Numbered from the stretch's first letter, positions 1 through 8,618 are shown. The stretch: DNA of 28,474 bases from a virus (IMGVR_UViG_3300023179_000399:1-28474), one strand, 5' to 3'. Made by a program: numbers and translations. Notes: a model not told the origin generated them from the letters alone.

Positions 1-127
1 GGGGCTGGTTTTTCGACACGATCGGGGGACATGTCGAGGGGGCGACCAGGATGTGCGACCAGGGGGGCCTGCACGAATTCCGAAGAAAAAACTTGTGCCG
101 GCGGCGCGGTGGGGTAGGGTGGCGGTG
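1..127 (+). repeat. Left inverted terminal repeat (127 bp)
   Basis: 1-127 is the exact reverse complement of 28348-28474; the ends diverge after ...ggcggtg (ttc vs caa). Begins GGGG; internal direct repeat gcgaccagg at 42-50 and 55-63. Confidence 0.98.
93..120 (+). promoter_or_regulatory. Putative sigma70-type promoter inside the ITR (fires inward at both ends)
   Basis: A-tract, then TTGTGC-N16-TAGGGT. In the right copy an ATG follows 9 nt after the -10 box. Confidence 0.5.
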
Positions 128-204
128 TTCGGTGAGGGTGGGAGCCGCTACAGAGCCCAGCTCGGCGGCAAAGAGTACCACCCTCACCGGACAGAGATTT
201 CAAA

Positions 205-402
205 ATGAGCACCGCGACCAATACCAAGTTCAACTCCCCTGTGTGGTTTTTCACCAACTCCAAGACCATGCAGATCTACACTGCGGGACTCGGGAATCGT
301 CCTGCCAAGACCTACACCTACAAGGACAACACCGAGTTTCTAAGCGCGATTGAGCGGTTCAAGAATGACGGTTACGACTTTATCAAGGACCAGGGAATTT
401 GA
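205..402 (+). CDS. Hypothetical early protein (65 aa)
   Basis: ATG after A-rich leader, C-ending codon bias, first gene of the left arm. Confidence 0.75.
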   Translation: MSTATNTKFNSPVWFFTNSKTMQIYTAGLGNRPAKTYTYKDNTEFLSAIERFKNDGYDFIKDQGI

Positions 403-416
403 CGTTGCTCAAAAGT

Positions 417-443
417 TTTTTCTTGCACTTCCACCACAACCCA
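417..443 (+). repeat. 27-bp sub-terminal inverted repeat, left copy (partner 27943-27969)
   Basis: tttttcttgcacttccaccacaaccca is an exact reverse-complement match. Confidence 0.92.
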
Positions 444-450
444 GTAGATT
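423..450 (+). promoter_or_regulatory. Putative promoter
   Basis: TTGCAC-N16-TAGATT with an upstream A/T tract; ATG at 461. Confidence 0.65.
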
Positions 451-460
451 GACCACCGAA

Positions 461-715
461 ATGAGCACCACCACCGAAATGATAACCGAAACCAAAACCA
501 CCAAGCTCCCCTTCTCCGCCTTCATTGGCGAAGTTCGCACCATTTTGATTTTCCTTCCAGGCGGTGGCGCGGTGTCTTTCACCGGGAGAATTGCACAACT
601 CATTCCCAATGTTCTCTCCATGGTCTCTGTGGGCAACTTCAACACCCTCCAGTTGCCGAACGAGCGTGTTGTCAACCTGACCCCCAGCGGCAAGCTGGAA
701 CTCAGCCTGATGTAA
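461..715 (+). CDS. Hypothetical protein (84 aa, MSTTTEM...)
   Basis: In-frame ATG of ORF 350-715 just downstream of the promoter. Confidence 0.7.
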   Translation: MSTTTEMITETKTTKLPFSAFIGEVRTILIFLPGGGAVSFTGRIAQLIPNVLSMVSVGNFNTLQLPNERVVNLTPSGKLELSLM

Positions 716-719
716 TCCC

Positions 720-977
720 ATGAAGCCCCTGATCGACGCCAACTCCCCGCTGTATCTGAAGCGACTCGTCCGTGCATTGAACATCGAAGCCATGGCCGGG
801 AACGGATTCTTTGCACCACAATCCACGTTCATGATTCGATGCAACGAAGCCATGCTGCATGGCTCAATGATCCAGGTCCGCGCCGTTAGGGATATCATTC
901 CCCGGTGGTTTTACCCTTCCCGGAACTACTTCGAGACCGTCAACGGAACCGAGATCGTCGCCAGCCGCAAACCCTGA
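720..977 (+). CDS. Hypothetical protein (85 aa)
   Basis: ATG 4 nt after the previous stop; fills the operon. Confidence 0.7.
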   Translation: MKPLIDANSPLYLKRLVRALNIEAMAGNGFFAPQSTFMIRCNEAMLHGSMIQVRAVRDIIPRWFYPSRNYFETVNGTEIVASRKP

Positions 978-1050
978 TCCCCGCTCTGCCCGCCACCGCC
1001 GGTGGCCGGCAGGGCGACGACCAGTCGCACAACACCAACACCACAAAATC

Positions 1051-1857
1051 ATGTCCTACGCCGCATACTCCACCACGCTCCAGTCGCCCGCCGTCCTCTC
1101 CGACCGCCACGCCGAGGGTCTCTCGCCCCGCTACTCGATGGTCCGCAGTGACCAGGTGGTCGACACCCTCCAGTCCGAGGGGTGGACCTTCACCGGTGGC
1201 ACGGAGCGCCGCACCCGTCACCCCGAGCGCCGGGCATTCGCCGCACACGTCCTGAAATTCACCCACGCGGATCTCCCGCTTGTCCGCGGCAACCGCATCG
1301 AGGCGGTCGTCATGAACAGCCACGACGGCGCCACGGCGTTCCGGTTGGCGCTGGGCGTGTTCAGGATCGCCTGTGCCAACGGACACGTTGTCTGCGATGC
1401 CAGCGTCGGCCAGGTCCGGTTGACGCACGTCGGCCTGACGATGCCGCGGGTCGTGGAGGCGACGCACCAGCTGATCCAGCAGGCGCCGAAGGTCGCAGGG
1501 GTCATCGACCGCTGGTCGGGCATCCAAGTCCCCCACGTCGAGGCCCGCATGATGGCTCGACGCTGCGCCCTTGCCCGCTGGGATCGTCTGGCGAACGTGA
1601 ACGCCGGCATGATGCTGATGGAGCGCAGGCCCGAGGACGTGTCCAGCGACCTTTGGACGGTCTACAACCGCTGCCAGGAGGCGGTTCTCCGGGGCGGGAT
1701 GCAGGTCGGCCTGTACCAAGAAGGGGTGACGCCGTCGCCGGAGACGGTCCGATTCCGCAAGGCGACCGCGGTCCGCGGTGCGTTCCGCCAGGTCGAATTG
1801 AACGAAAAGATGTGGGCGATCGGCGAGGAGTTCGCGCAGTCGCTGTCGGTGAACTGA
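1051..1857 (+). CDS. DUF932-family protein (YafZ/YfjQ/YubP-like)
   Basis: Motifs S.RY...V...L..EGW, F..H...F, NSHDG.TAF....G.FR..C.NG, RR.ED...DLW..YNR.QE. Confidence 0.88.
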   Translation: MSYAAYSTTLQSPAVLSDRHAEGLSPRYSMVRSDQVVDTLQSEGWTFTGGTERRTRHPERRAFAAHVLKFTHADLPLVRGNRIEAVVMNSHDGATAFRLALGVFRIACANGHVVCDASVGQVRLTHVGLTMPRVVEATHQLIQQAPKVAGVIDRWSGIQVPHVEARMMARRCALARWDRLANVNAGMMLMERRPEDVSSDLWTVYNRCQEAVLRGGMQVGLYQEGVTPSPETVRFRKATAVRGAFRQVELNEKMWAIGEEFAQSLSVN

Positions 1858-1932
1858 TGGTCGCTCCGATGGTCCCGGTGACAGCGGGACCCTCGAGGCG
1901 GCAATTACGCCGTTCAAAACACCGACAACATC

Positions 1933-2205
1933 ATGAGCAAATTCACCATCACCAAACTCGTCGACGCCTACGCCGAAGCCAGCGCAGCCGCCAAGCGGGC
2001 CGCGGAGGACGCGGATGAACTGAAGGCCAAGATCCTCGCCCTGGGCGACGGACAGTTCCTGGGCACCGACCACAAGGTGACCGTGTCCACCTCGATCCCG
2101 GTCCGGTTCGATTCGGTCCTGTTCCGGGAGACTCATCCGGCCCTGTACGAGGAATTCAAGAAGCAGGGTGACCCGATCCAGTCCGTGCGGATCTACGGAC
2201 GCTGA
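1933..2205 (+). CDS. Small coiled-coil protein resembling the C-terminal part of YqaJ-type phage proteins
   Basis: Helical N-half followed by RFDSVLFRETHPALYEEF; no nuclease domain. Confidence 0.6.
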   Translation: MSKFTITKLVDAYAEASAAAKRAAEDADELKAKILALGDGQFLGTDHKVTVSTSIPVRFDSVLFRETHPALYEEFKKQGDPIQSVRIYGR

Positions 2206-2247
2206 TACTAAACACCGGGGCGCGACGGATACGCGCAAATCAATATT

Positions 2248-2430
2248 ATGGATCTCTACATCAAATTCACATTCTGGGCTGTTATTTTTGGCATCATCGT
2301 TCGTTTTTGCGCGATGGCCACGCTTGAATTCCCATCCAAGAAAACAACCAGTCTTGGGGAGTGCCTTGTGACCACATTGCTGATGATCGCACAAGCTGTG
2401 TGGGCGGGAATCGTCCTCTGGACCAACTGA
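2248..2430 (+). CDS. Small membrane protein (2 TM, 60 aa)
   Basis: Two hydrophobic stretches. Confidence 0.7.
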   Translation: MDLYIKFTFWAVIFGIIVRFCAMATLEFPSKKTTSLGECLVTTLLMIAQAVWAGIVLWTN

Positions 2431-2431
2431 T

Positions 2432-2539
2432 ATGCCCCACCAGACCTTCTACCGTCGCCTGTGCTGGATCCTGCTCGCCATCGCCATCACGGCGTTTGTA
2501 TTCGGATTGGGCCAGTACGAAACCCCTGTCAACCACTGA
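2432..2539 (+). CDS. Small single-TM protein (35 aa, not in ORF track)
   Basis: MPHQTFYRRLCWILLAIAITAFVFGLGQYETPVNH; fills the gap with 1-nt spacing on both sides. Confidence 0.65.
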   Translation: MPHQTFYRRLCWILLAIAITAFVFGLGQYETPVNH

Positions 2540-2540
2540 C

Positions 2541-2765
2541 ATGCCAACAAAACAAAAACTACCTCCCGGTTGGAAGGTTCGAGTTGGAATGATGGTCGGT
2601 CACGGAACCTTTATTGGTCATTTTGAATCACCGACAGGTTTTCGATTCACCAATGACATGTACCAGGCTCACTTGAAGCCTGGACAGTCATTTCGTGACC
2701 TTCTGGTTGAAAGGGTGTGGCAAATCGAAAAACAAACCAAGGAACTCAATACACATGCCCGCTGA
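2541..2765 (+). CDS. Hypothetical protein (74 aa, MPTKQK...)
   Basis: Internal ATG of ORF 2361-2765, 1 nt after the previous stop. Confidence 0.7.
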   Translation: MPTKQKLPPGWKVRVGMMVGHGTFIGHFESPTGFRFTNDMYQAHLKPGQSFRDLLVERVWQIEKQTKELNTHAR

Positions 2766-4353
2766 ATTCAATCTCCACTGGTCCTCGCCCACCGCCCAGA
2801 ACACCTCCGTGGGCGTTCGCATCCTGCGGACCGCAATCCCCACGGAGCAGTTTTGGACCGCGTGGCGCGGGGCCAAGGAGGGGCTCCAGGCGAAAGGGTT
2901 CTCGGTCCGCAAGTCGGACGTTGACGGATGGCAGGTCCTGCACTGGGCTGCGCCTTCGGCGGCGCCCCCGGAGGAATCGAGGACCGCGATCCTCGAGCCG
3001 CTGCGCCCGCTGACCTACCCGCGGGGTCTGCTCGCCTACCAGCCTCCGGCCGTCCAGGCGCACGTCCGTGCGCTCAGGACCCACGGGGCGAGCCTCGACG
3101 CCAGCGACGCCGGCATCGGCAAGACCTACGTCGCGCTGGCCACTCTGCGCGAGCTGGGCCTGCTGGCCGGGGTGGTGGCCACCAAGTCGATCCTGACCCC
3201 ATGGCAGCGCGCCGCGGACCAGATGGGCGTGAAGCTCACGGGCGTCACCAACTGGGAGAAGGTCCGCACAGGCAATACCCCATACGGACGCTGGAAAATG
3301 CTCACCAGCGGAGCCCAGGTTTTCGAGTGGTCGAAAACAGTGCCGGCCATTGTTTTCGACGAGGTCCACCGCGGTGCCGGTATCGGTACAGACAACGCGG
3401 CGATGCTTATTTCGGCCAAAATGCAGGGAATTCCGACCCTGATGATGTCGGCGACCTCGGCCGACTCGCCGACCCGGATGCGGGCGATTGGGTACGTCCT
3501 GGGCCTGCACGGCCTAAAGGATTTCCCGGAGTGGCTGATGGCCCACGGGTGCTACCTTGACGACCGGGAAAAGTGGCAGTTTGCCGGCAGCGACGACGAT
3601 CTCCTGTCGATTCACCGGGCGATATTCCCTTCGAGGGGCAGCCGGATCCGCATTGCCGACCTGGGAGACCAGTTTCCGGCCACCAGCATCACCGCGCAGC
3701 TGGTCGACGTGGTGAACCCGAACGCGGTGGAGAAAGCCTACGTGGCACTCAGGGAGGCGATCCAGCGCGTCCGGGACAAGGAGGCCAACGACTCGGACAA
3801 AGCCGCGCATTTGACCGCCCAGCTGCGGGCGCGGCAGGTCACCGAGCTGGCCAAGATTCCTGCGGTGATCGAGATGGCCCGCGACGAGATCGAGCAGGGG
3901 CGGAGCGTCCTGATCGGCGCGAATTTCACGGACACGGTGGAGACGCTGGCCGGATCGTTCGGCAGCATCAAGGTGGCGACCCTGACCGGGCAGGAATCGA
4001 GCCCCAAGAAGCGCCAAGCGGCAATCGACGCCTTCGCGGAGGACAAGGCGCGGATTTTTATCCTCAACGAGGGGATCACCTCGGGCGTGGGATGCCACGA
4101 CCAGCGCGGGCAGTACCCGCGCACGTCGCTGCTCATGCCGGGGTTCAACCCGGTGAACGTGGTGCAGTTCCTGGGACGCGTTCATCGCGCTACGGGCAGA
4201 AGTAAATCCTTGCAGAAGGTCCTGTTCGCGGCAGGGTGTCCGACCGAGGAACGGAAGGCGGAACGGTTGACGGAACGACTTCGTGGAATGTCGATCCTCA
4301 ACGACGGGGTGGACATTCCGATCACCGAGAACGATTTGATGGGATTGTTTTGA
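2755..4353 (+). CDS. Superfamily 2 (SNF2-like) helicase/ATPase
   Basis: YQ Q-motif, DAGIGKT (I), FDEVH (II), SAT (III), Q.LGRVHR (VI). Confidence 0.9.
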   Translation: MPAEFNLHWSSPTAQNTSVGVRILRTAIPTEQFWTAWRGAKEGLQAKGFSVRKSDVDGWQVLHWAAPSAAPPEESRTAILEPLRPLTYPRGLLAYQPPAVQAHVRALRTHGASLDASDAGIGKTYVALATLRELGLLAGVVATKSILTPWQRAADQMGVKLTGVTNWEKVRTGNTPYGRWKMLTSGAQVFEWSKTVPAIVFDEVHRGAGIGTDNAAMLISAKMQGIPTLMMSATSADSPTRMRAIGYVLGLHGLKDFPEWLMAHGCYLDDREKWQFAGSDDDLLSIHRAIFPSRGSRIRIADLGDQFPATSITAQLVDVVNPNAVEKAYVALREAIQRVRDKEANDSDKAAHLTAQLRARQVTELAKIPAVIEMARDEIEQGRSVLIGANFTDTVETLAGSFGSIKVATLTGQESSPKKRQAAIDAFAEDKARIFILNEGITSGVGCHDQRGQYPRTSLLMPGFNPVNVVQFLGRVHRATGRSKSLQKVLFAAGCPTEERKAERLTERLRGMSILNDGVDIPITENDLMGLF

Positions 4354-4354
4354 T

Positions 4355-4576
4355 ATGAATAACATGAATTCCCCCTTCATCCCTAACGGATCCGGCAAGG
4401 GATCCCGGCCGCGCCCCACCAACCTCAAGACCTATGGAACCAACCACGACGAAATCGACTGGGGTCACTCCAAGCATCCGCGACGCGCTGCGGAGGGCCT
4501 ACGCCATGATGGCGAAGAAGCATCGCCCAGGAAGCCCGGAACAGCAGGAGAGGCTGGCGATCCAAGCTCTCCATGA
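4355..4576 (+). CDS. Small conserved-type phage protein (GKGSRPRP...N.D.I.W)
   Basis: ATG 1 nt after the helicase stop; the N-terminal motif resembles a common small phage hypothetical protein. Confidence 0.6.
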   Translation: MNNMNSPFIPNGSGKGSRPRPTNLKTYGTNHDEIDWGHSKHPRRAAEGLRHDGEEASPRKPGTAGEAGDPSSP

Positions 4577-4679
4577 CCTTGACCCGCACGACCATCTTGA
4601 CCTTGCCAGACCGGTCAAGGCGGATCATTTGAAGGTCGTCGTTCAGAAAATCATCAACCCGAGAGCGCGATGGGAATAA
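4434..4679 (+). CDS. Hypothetical helical protein (81 aa), overlaps the previous ORF
   Basis: Natural-looking composition; needed to cover 4576-4679. Confidence 0.55.
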   Translation: MEPTTTKSTGVTPSIRDALRRAYAMMAKKHRPGSPEQQERLAIQALHDLDPHDHLDLARPVKADHLKVVVQKIINPRARWE

Positions 4680-4819
4680 CACATCACATCCCATGGTCAT
4701 GGAACGATCCTCAACGAATGGAATTGGAGTTCTGGATCAAGATGTTTCTTGATGCTCCCAATAGGCGTCTTGCCTGCATCTATCTTGAGTGTGCCATGCG
4801 TTCGGAACGCACATCATGA
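4670..4819 (+). CDS. Hypothetical protein (49 aa, not in ORF track)
   Basis: MGITHHIPWSWNDPQRMELEFWIKMFL...; its stop overlaps the next start (ATGA). Confidence 0.5.
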   Translation: MGITHHIPWSWNDPQRMELEFWIKMFLDAPNRRLACIYLECAMRSERTS

Positions 4820-5235
4820 GCAAACGCTGCGCCACACCCTATTGCCGCAAGCCGGCACGAGACACCCACCGTCTCTGTTCCCGTTGCAACAATCGCCGGT
4901 GGGCGCAGCGAAACCCTCTCCGCTACGCCTACGGGAACCTCAAGCGCCGCGCCAGGCAGCGCGGCCACGCGTTCGAGTTGACCTTCGAGCAGTATCGGCA
5001 GTTCGCGGTCCAGACCGGCTACGACCAGCTGAAGGGCAAACACGGCAAAAGCCTGTCCATCGACCGCATCGATCCGTCCAGGGGCTATAGCATGGACAAC
5101 ATCCGCGCCGTGTTCCTCTCCGAGAACTCACGCCTCAAGTACTCTTCCATGCCCGGATGGATGAAGGAGGAGTATGAGAAAGAACTTGCGAAAACTTCTC
5201 ACGAGACTGATATTCCCGCCCATGACTGTTTCTGA
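4816..5235 (+). CDS. HNH-like endonuclease with N-terminal Zn finger
   Basis: C..4..C/C..C, K.RA..RG..FELT, SIDRIDPSRGY..DNI.......N. Confidence 0.8.
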   Translation: MSKRCATPYCRKPARDTHRLCSRCNNRRWAQRNPLRYAYGNLKRRARQRGHAFELTFEQYRQFAVQTGYDQLKGKHGKSLSIDRIDPSRGYSMDNIRAVFLSENSRLKYSSMPGWMKEEYEKELAKTSHETDIPAHDCF

Positions 5236-5416
5236 ATTCGAGGGGATCATTCGGACGATGCCGCTGACGAAGGCCATCGAGAAGTTTCCCAATGTCCCGG
5301 AAGAGATCGTCACCGCGGCTGCGATCAACCTTGGATACACGAAGGCCGGCGTGAAGTACGCCTACAAGCCCGCGTCCGAGCGGGCGAGCCGGTACGTGCC
5401 CGTGCTGTCCCGGTGA
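5174..5416 (+). CDS. Hypothetical protein; last gene of the left arm (start may be 5222)
   Basis: GC3-rich codons; ends 15 nt from the converging minus-strand gene. Confidence 0.65.
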   Translation: MRKNLRKLLTRLIFPPMTVSEFEGIIRTMPLTKAIEKFPNVPEEIVTAAAINLGYTKAGVKYAYKPASERASRYVPVLSR

Positions 5417-5431
5417 AGGTCTGCGACCTTC

Positions 5432-6469
5432 CTACAGCAGCAGGAGCAGCAACAGCAGCGCGGCGGCGCCAAATGCACCGCCTGAAGAAGCGGATGTTGG
5501 CTGTCCAGGACTGCCAATGCCGGTTGCACGGTCCGTCAGCACCGTTTCTGGCAATGCCAGTGCGGAGTTGTATCCCAGTACCACGCTCTGGGCGAATTCC
5601 CGGTAGGCCGCGGCCTGTCGCCTGGCATCGTTCATCTCACGGATGGCATCGGCGACCTGGACAAGTTGTATGACCGCAGACGCCCATATGGGAGCCCCCA
5701 GTGTGAAGACACTCGCCACTACTTGGATCACAACATCATAAGGGCTGCACGCAACCCTGCACTGGGCGTCCGGGAATTTTTCCGGGTCCAGCAGACCGTC
5801 AATTATCTCACCATTTGAAGGATTCCTAATCCTTCTAAGGTCTGTTCGTATTCTCCAGATAGCGTGAAATATTCCAGATTGGTAATCCCATGTGTAAGGC
5901 TCCCTCAGACTATGATAAACATCATTTAGAATTCTTGGAGTTACTTCTTCAACAAGTATTAATTCACCACAGCCTCCACAAGGTGGAGGACTAAAAGTCC
6001 AAAGGTTGTAGTAAAGATAGAAAACATCGGCAACTTGCATTTCGCGTATTGTCCGTTCTGCAAGTTCCTTGTCCGATTGCGTGAATGGGAAGTGGTCCCA
6101 TATAAATTCTCTAAACGTATCATTTGAGAATGCCAATGGAGTGTTAGATGCCAACGAGGCCCAAATCCGGAACAGTGAAAGATCATCGCGGCTGAACTGG
6201 GTCAATGTCGACAGGTCCGTCCTGCCATCATTCCACCCTTCTTTCCACCAGGATGCGGTTCCGTCAGGGCGAAGGGTCCAGACGGTGCGGGTTCTCCCTT
6301 CATAATGGCCTCCGTTAGGAAAAATCTGGTTCTGAGTGGTCCATCCGATTCTCCGTGTCCCATCCGGGTCCGTGGTGTCCCACCACACCTTTGGGACTTC
6401 GTATGGTGCAGAACCTCCACTCGCCTGATACCTTGCAAGCGATTCCCCCCAGTCTTTTGCGACGGTCAT
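5432..6469 (-). CDS. Tail-anchored membrane protein (345 aa)
   Basis: Start MTVAKDW coupled by TGATG; ends SSGGAFGAAALLLLLLLL. Confidence 0.8.
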   Translation of the reverse strand: MTVAKDWGESLARYQASGGSAPYEVPKVWWDTTDPDGTRRIGWTTQNQIFPNGGHYEGRTRTVWTLRPDGTASWWKEGWNDGRTDLSTLTQFSRDDLSLFRIWASLASNTPLAFSNDTFREFIWDHFPFTQSDKELAERTIREMQVADVFYLYYNLWTFSPPPCGGCGELILVEEVTPRILNDVYHSLREPYTWDYQSGIFHAIWRIRTDLRRIRNPSNGEIIDGLLDPEKFPDAQCRVACSPYDVVIQVVASVFTLGAPIWASAVIQLVQVADAIREMNDARRQAAAYREFAQSVVLGYNSALALPETVLTDRATGIGSPGQPTSASSGGAFGAAALLLLLLLL

Positions 6470-6780
6470 CAGTATCCTTTCCGGATCGCATCCTCCACCA
6501 CCCGTTTCATCCCGGCAACACCGAGGCGGCCGATGGTTCCCCACTTGATCTGCGCGACGACACCGGACAGCCGGTGGTCCTCGAAGTGCCGGGCGATCCA
6601 CGCCGGCCGGGTGACGGTCCACCAGTGCATCACCGTGGGCGAGCGGTCACCCTTGCGGTAGGCGCTCCACCAGCGGAATGCGTCATTGCCCCGGATGTTC
6701 CCGCCGCGCTTCCAGATGCCCGGGAAGTGCTCCTTGAGCGCCTTGGCGTACCGGTGGGGGAACTGGCGGGGAGTCTTCAA
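6469..6780 (-). CDS. Basic phage hypothetical protein (IWK.GGNIRGN...AW.ARHF...GVVAQIKW)
   Basis: Fills the operon; the motif looks like a conserved phage domain of unknown function. Confidence 0.75.
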   Translation of the reverse strand: MKTPRQFPHRYAKALKEHFPGIWKRGGNIRGNDAFRWWSAYRKGDRSPTVMHWWTVTRPAWIARHFEDHRLSGVVAQIKWGTIGRLGVAGMKRVVEDAIRKGY

Positions 6781-6783
6781 GGA

Positions 6784-7221
6784 CTACCTCCCCCGACCCA
6801 TCAGGAACACCGCGGCACCGGCAAGCAGCAACGCGATGACGACCGTATTCCCGAGCCCGCCCTCGCTCCCCAGCGTCGCCGTCATCGCGGCGATGTCCTG
6901 CTGCGCCTGCGCCTCGGTGATCTCGGACGCGGGCGGTGCGGTGAGCAGGATCCCGCCGCCGGACGTGGTCGGGGCAATTGTGATGTTCGACCGGTAGAAC
7001 TTCCCCATGTAGGACGTGGTGAGCGTGGTCGCCGTGTTCGCCACGACGCGCCAGGAGTCCTGGTAGGTGAGTCCGGACGGGAGCGCCTGCACCGGTGTCA
7101 TCACGAAGCGCATTCCGATGGTCGCATCGGTCTGGTTGATCGCGCTGAAATATCCGGTCATGCCGTTGAGGGTGATCTGGAAGTAATAGGTGCTTCCAAC
7201 CGTTCCGAGGTATTTGATCAT
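6784..7221 (-). CDS. Tail-anchored membrane protein (145 aa)
   Basis: C-terminus VVIALLLAGAAVFLMGRGR. Confidence 0.8.
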   Translation of the reverse strand: MIKYLGTVGSTYYFQITLNGMTGYFSAINQTDATIGMRFVMTPVQALPSGLTYQDSWRVVANTATTLTTSYMGKFYRSNITIAPTTSGGGILLTAPPASEITEAQAQQDIAAMTATLGSEGGLGNTVVIALLLAGAAVFLMGRGR

Positions 7222-8618
7222 AGTAGCAAAAGTAGTCCCGCAATCAGTAGCGGGTTAAATTTCGTTCCGCCCGACGTTTCATCAATCGTGACAGGAGTTC
7301 CGGGAGATTCAACCATGGAGGACGGGACCACGGGAGCCGCCTGCGGCACCACCAGGTGGATCCCCGTGGCGTCCGGCACCGGACCCCAGGGCACCCCGTT
7401 GCGGAACGATCCCGACGCCGGCCAGAAGCCGCCCACGTTCACCAGGGCATGGTCCGGAGTGAACCCCGTCGCCGCGCCGGGCACGACCATCACGCGGTCG
7501 AACCCGCTCGCATCCTTACGGTAGTCGGGGCCGAAGTCCCGGTCCCAGATGTAGGTGGCGAACATCGAGGGCCACACTTCCCGGTTGGCCAGCCAGAACA
7601 TGGTGATCGGCGCACCCAGCTGCACCGAGTTGTACTGCACCAGCACATCGTCATGAATGGCGATGGACCTCGCGTTGAACTCGTGGGGATAGCTTGGCCG
7701 GAACCGGAACATGTTCTGGCTTGTCAGGTGGATGAAGTTGTTCCCGTTCGTGACCGTGTTGCCGGTGATCCGGGTCCCGCGGTGAATGCCGGTGTCGACG
7801 TAGAAGCAGGTTCCCTCGAAGTCGCCGAAGCGGTTTCCGGTCATCCGGAACCCGATCGTGTAGACGGGGGTCACGCCATGCAGCGGGCTGGTCTGGGTCT
7901 CGCTCGACTTCCCCTTGAAGGTGCAGTCCACCACCGCACATCCCGACGCGAAGATGCCGGCCTCGAGCGCCCCGCCGACGCACACATAGGTCACCGCCTC
8001 GACGGATCCTCCGCCCACGGGCTGGCGGGTATTCCTCCCCGGTGTATGGAATGAGCAGCGGCGAACCACCGCGCCCTGGGAGCCGTCCGCGGAATCCGTG
8101 GCGAGGGTGCAGAAGACGACGAAGCTCTCCCCGTTCATCGGGCCGACGCCGAAGCGCAGGAACTCGCAGTCCTCGATGACCGTGCCGGGGCCGGTGACGT
8201 CGATCCCGGAAATGGTCGCGTCCTGGTTCCGGCCATCGTAGTTGCCGTCCAGGGTGATCCCGGAAATCCGCGTGTTCCGGACTTCATGCCCATGGTAGAC
8301 GGGCGAGATGCTGCGGATCATGAAGGCCGAGGTGGCCACCGGAGAGTCCCGCTTGGCCGAGGTGTCGTCGGCGAACTTGAGGATGGTGCGCCCGCGGCCG
8401 GCGCCGGTGATGCGGATCCCGTCCCGGTTGCCCTCGCCCCACCCGAACATGATGCAGGAGCGCAGGGTGCCAATCGGGTTGGTCTGCCCGGAATCCCCGA
8501 GCACGTACACGCCCTCGCCCAGCTCGACGGCGCCGAACTGGGACAGGCACTGGTTGATCGCCGGGGCACAGTTGGTGACCCCGTCGGCGACCGCGCCGAA
8601 TTGTTCGGGCCGGGCCAT
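7218..8618 (-). CDS. Right-handed beta-helix (pectate-lyase-3/tailspike-like) protein with a C-terminal hydrophobic anchor
   Basis: FGAVADGVTNCAPAINQCL, ITGAGRG.TIL, I.G.TLDGN, repeated I.GN rungs; ends FNPLLIAGLLLLL. Confidence 0.85.
   Translation of the reverse strand: MARPEQFGAVADGVTNCAPAINQCLSQFGAVELGEGVYVLGDSGQTNPIGTLRSCIMFGWGEGNRDGIRITGAGRGRTILKFADDTSAKRDSPVATSAFMIRSISPVYHGHEVRNTRISGITLDGNYDGRNQDATISGIDVTGPGTVIEDCEFLRFGVGPMNGESFVVFCTLATDSADGSQGAVVRRCSFHTPGRNTRQPVGGGSVEAVTYVCVGGALEAGIFASGCAVVDCTFKGKSSETQTSPLHGVTPVYTIGFRMTGNRFGDFEGTCFYVDTGIHRGTRITGNTVTNGNNFIHLTSQNMFRFRPSYPHEFNARSIAIHDDVLVQYNSVQLGAPITMFWLANREVWPSMFATYIWDRDFGPDYRKDASGFDRVMVVPGAATGFTPDHALVNVGGFWPASGSFRNGVPWGPVPDATGIHLVVPQAAPVVPSSMVESPGTPVTIDETSGGTKFNPLLIAGLLLLL

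Noticed and set aside
4355-4420. NGSGKGS as a kinase P-loop
   Set aside because: The ORF is too short for an NTPase fold; the motif fits the small GKGSRPRP-type phage peptide.
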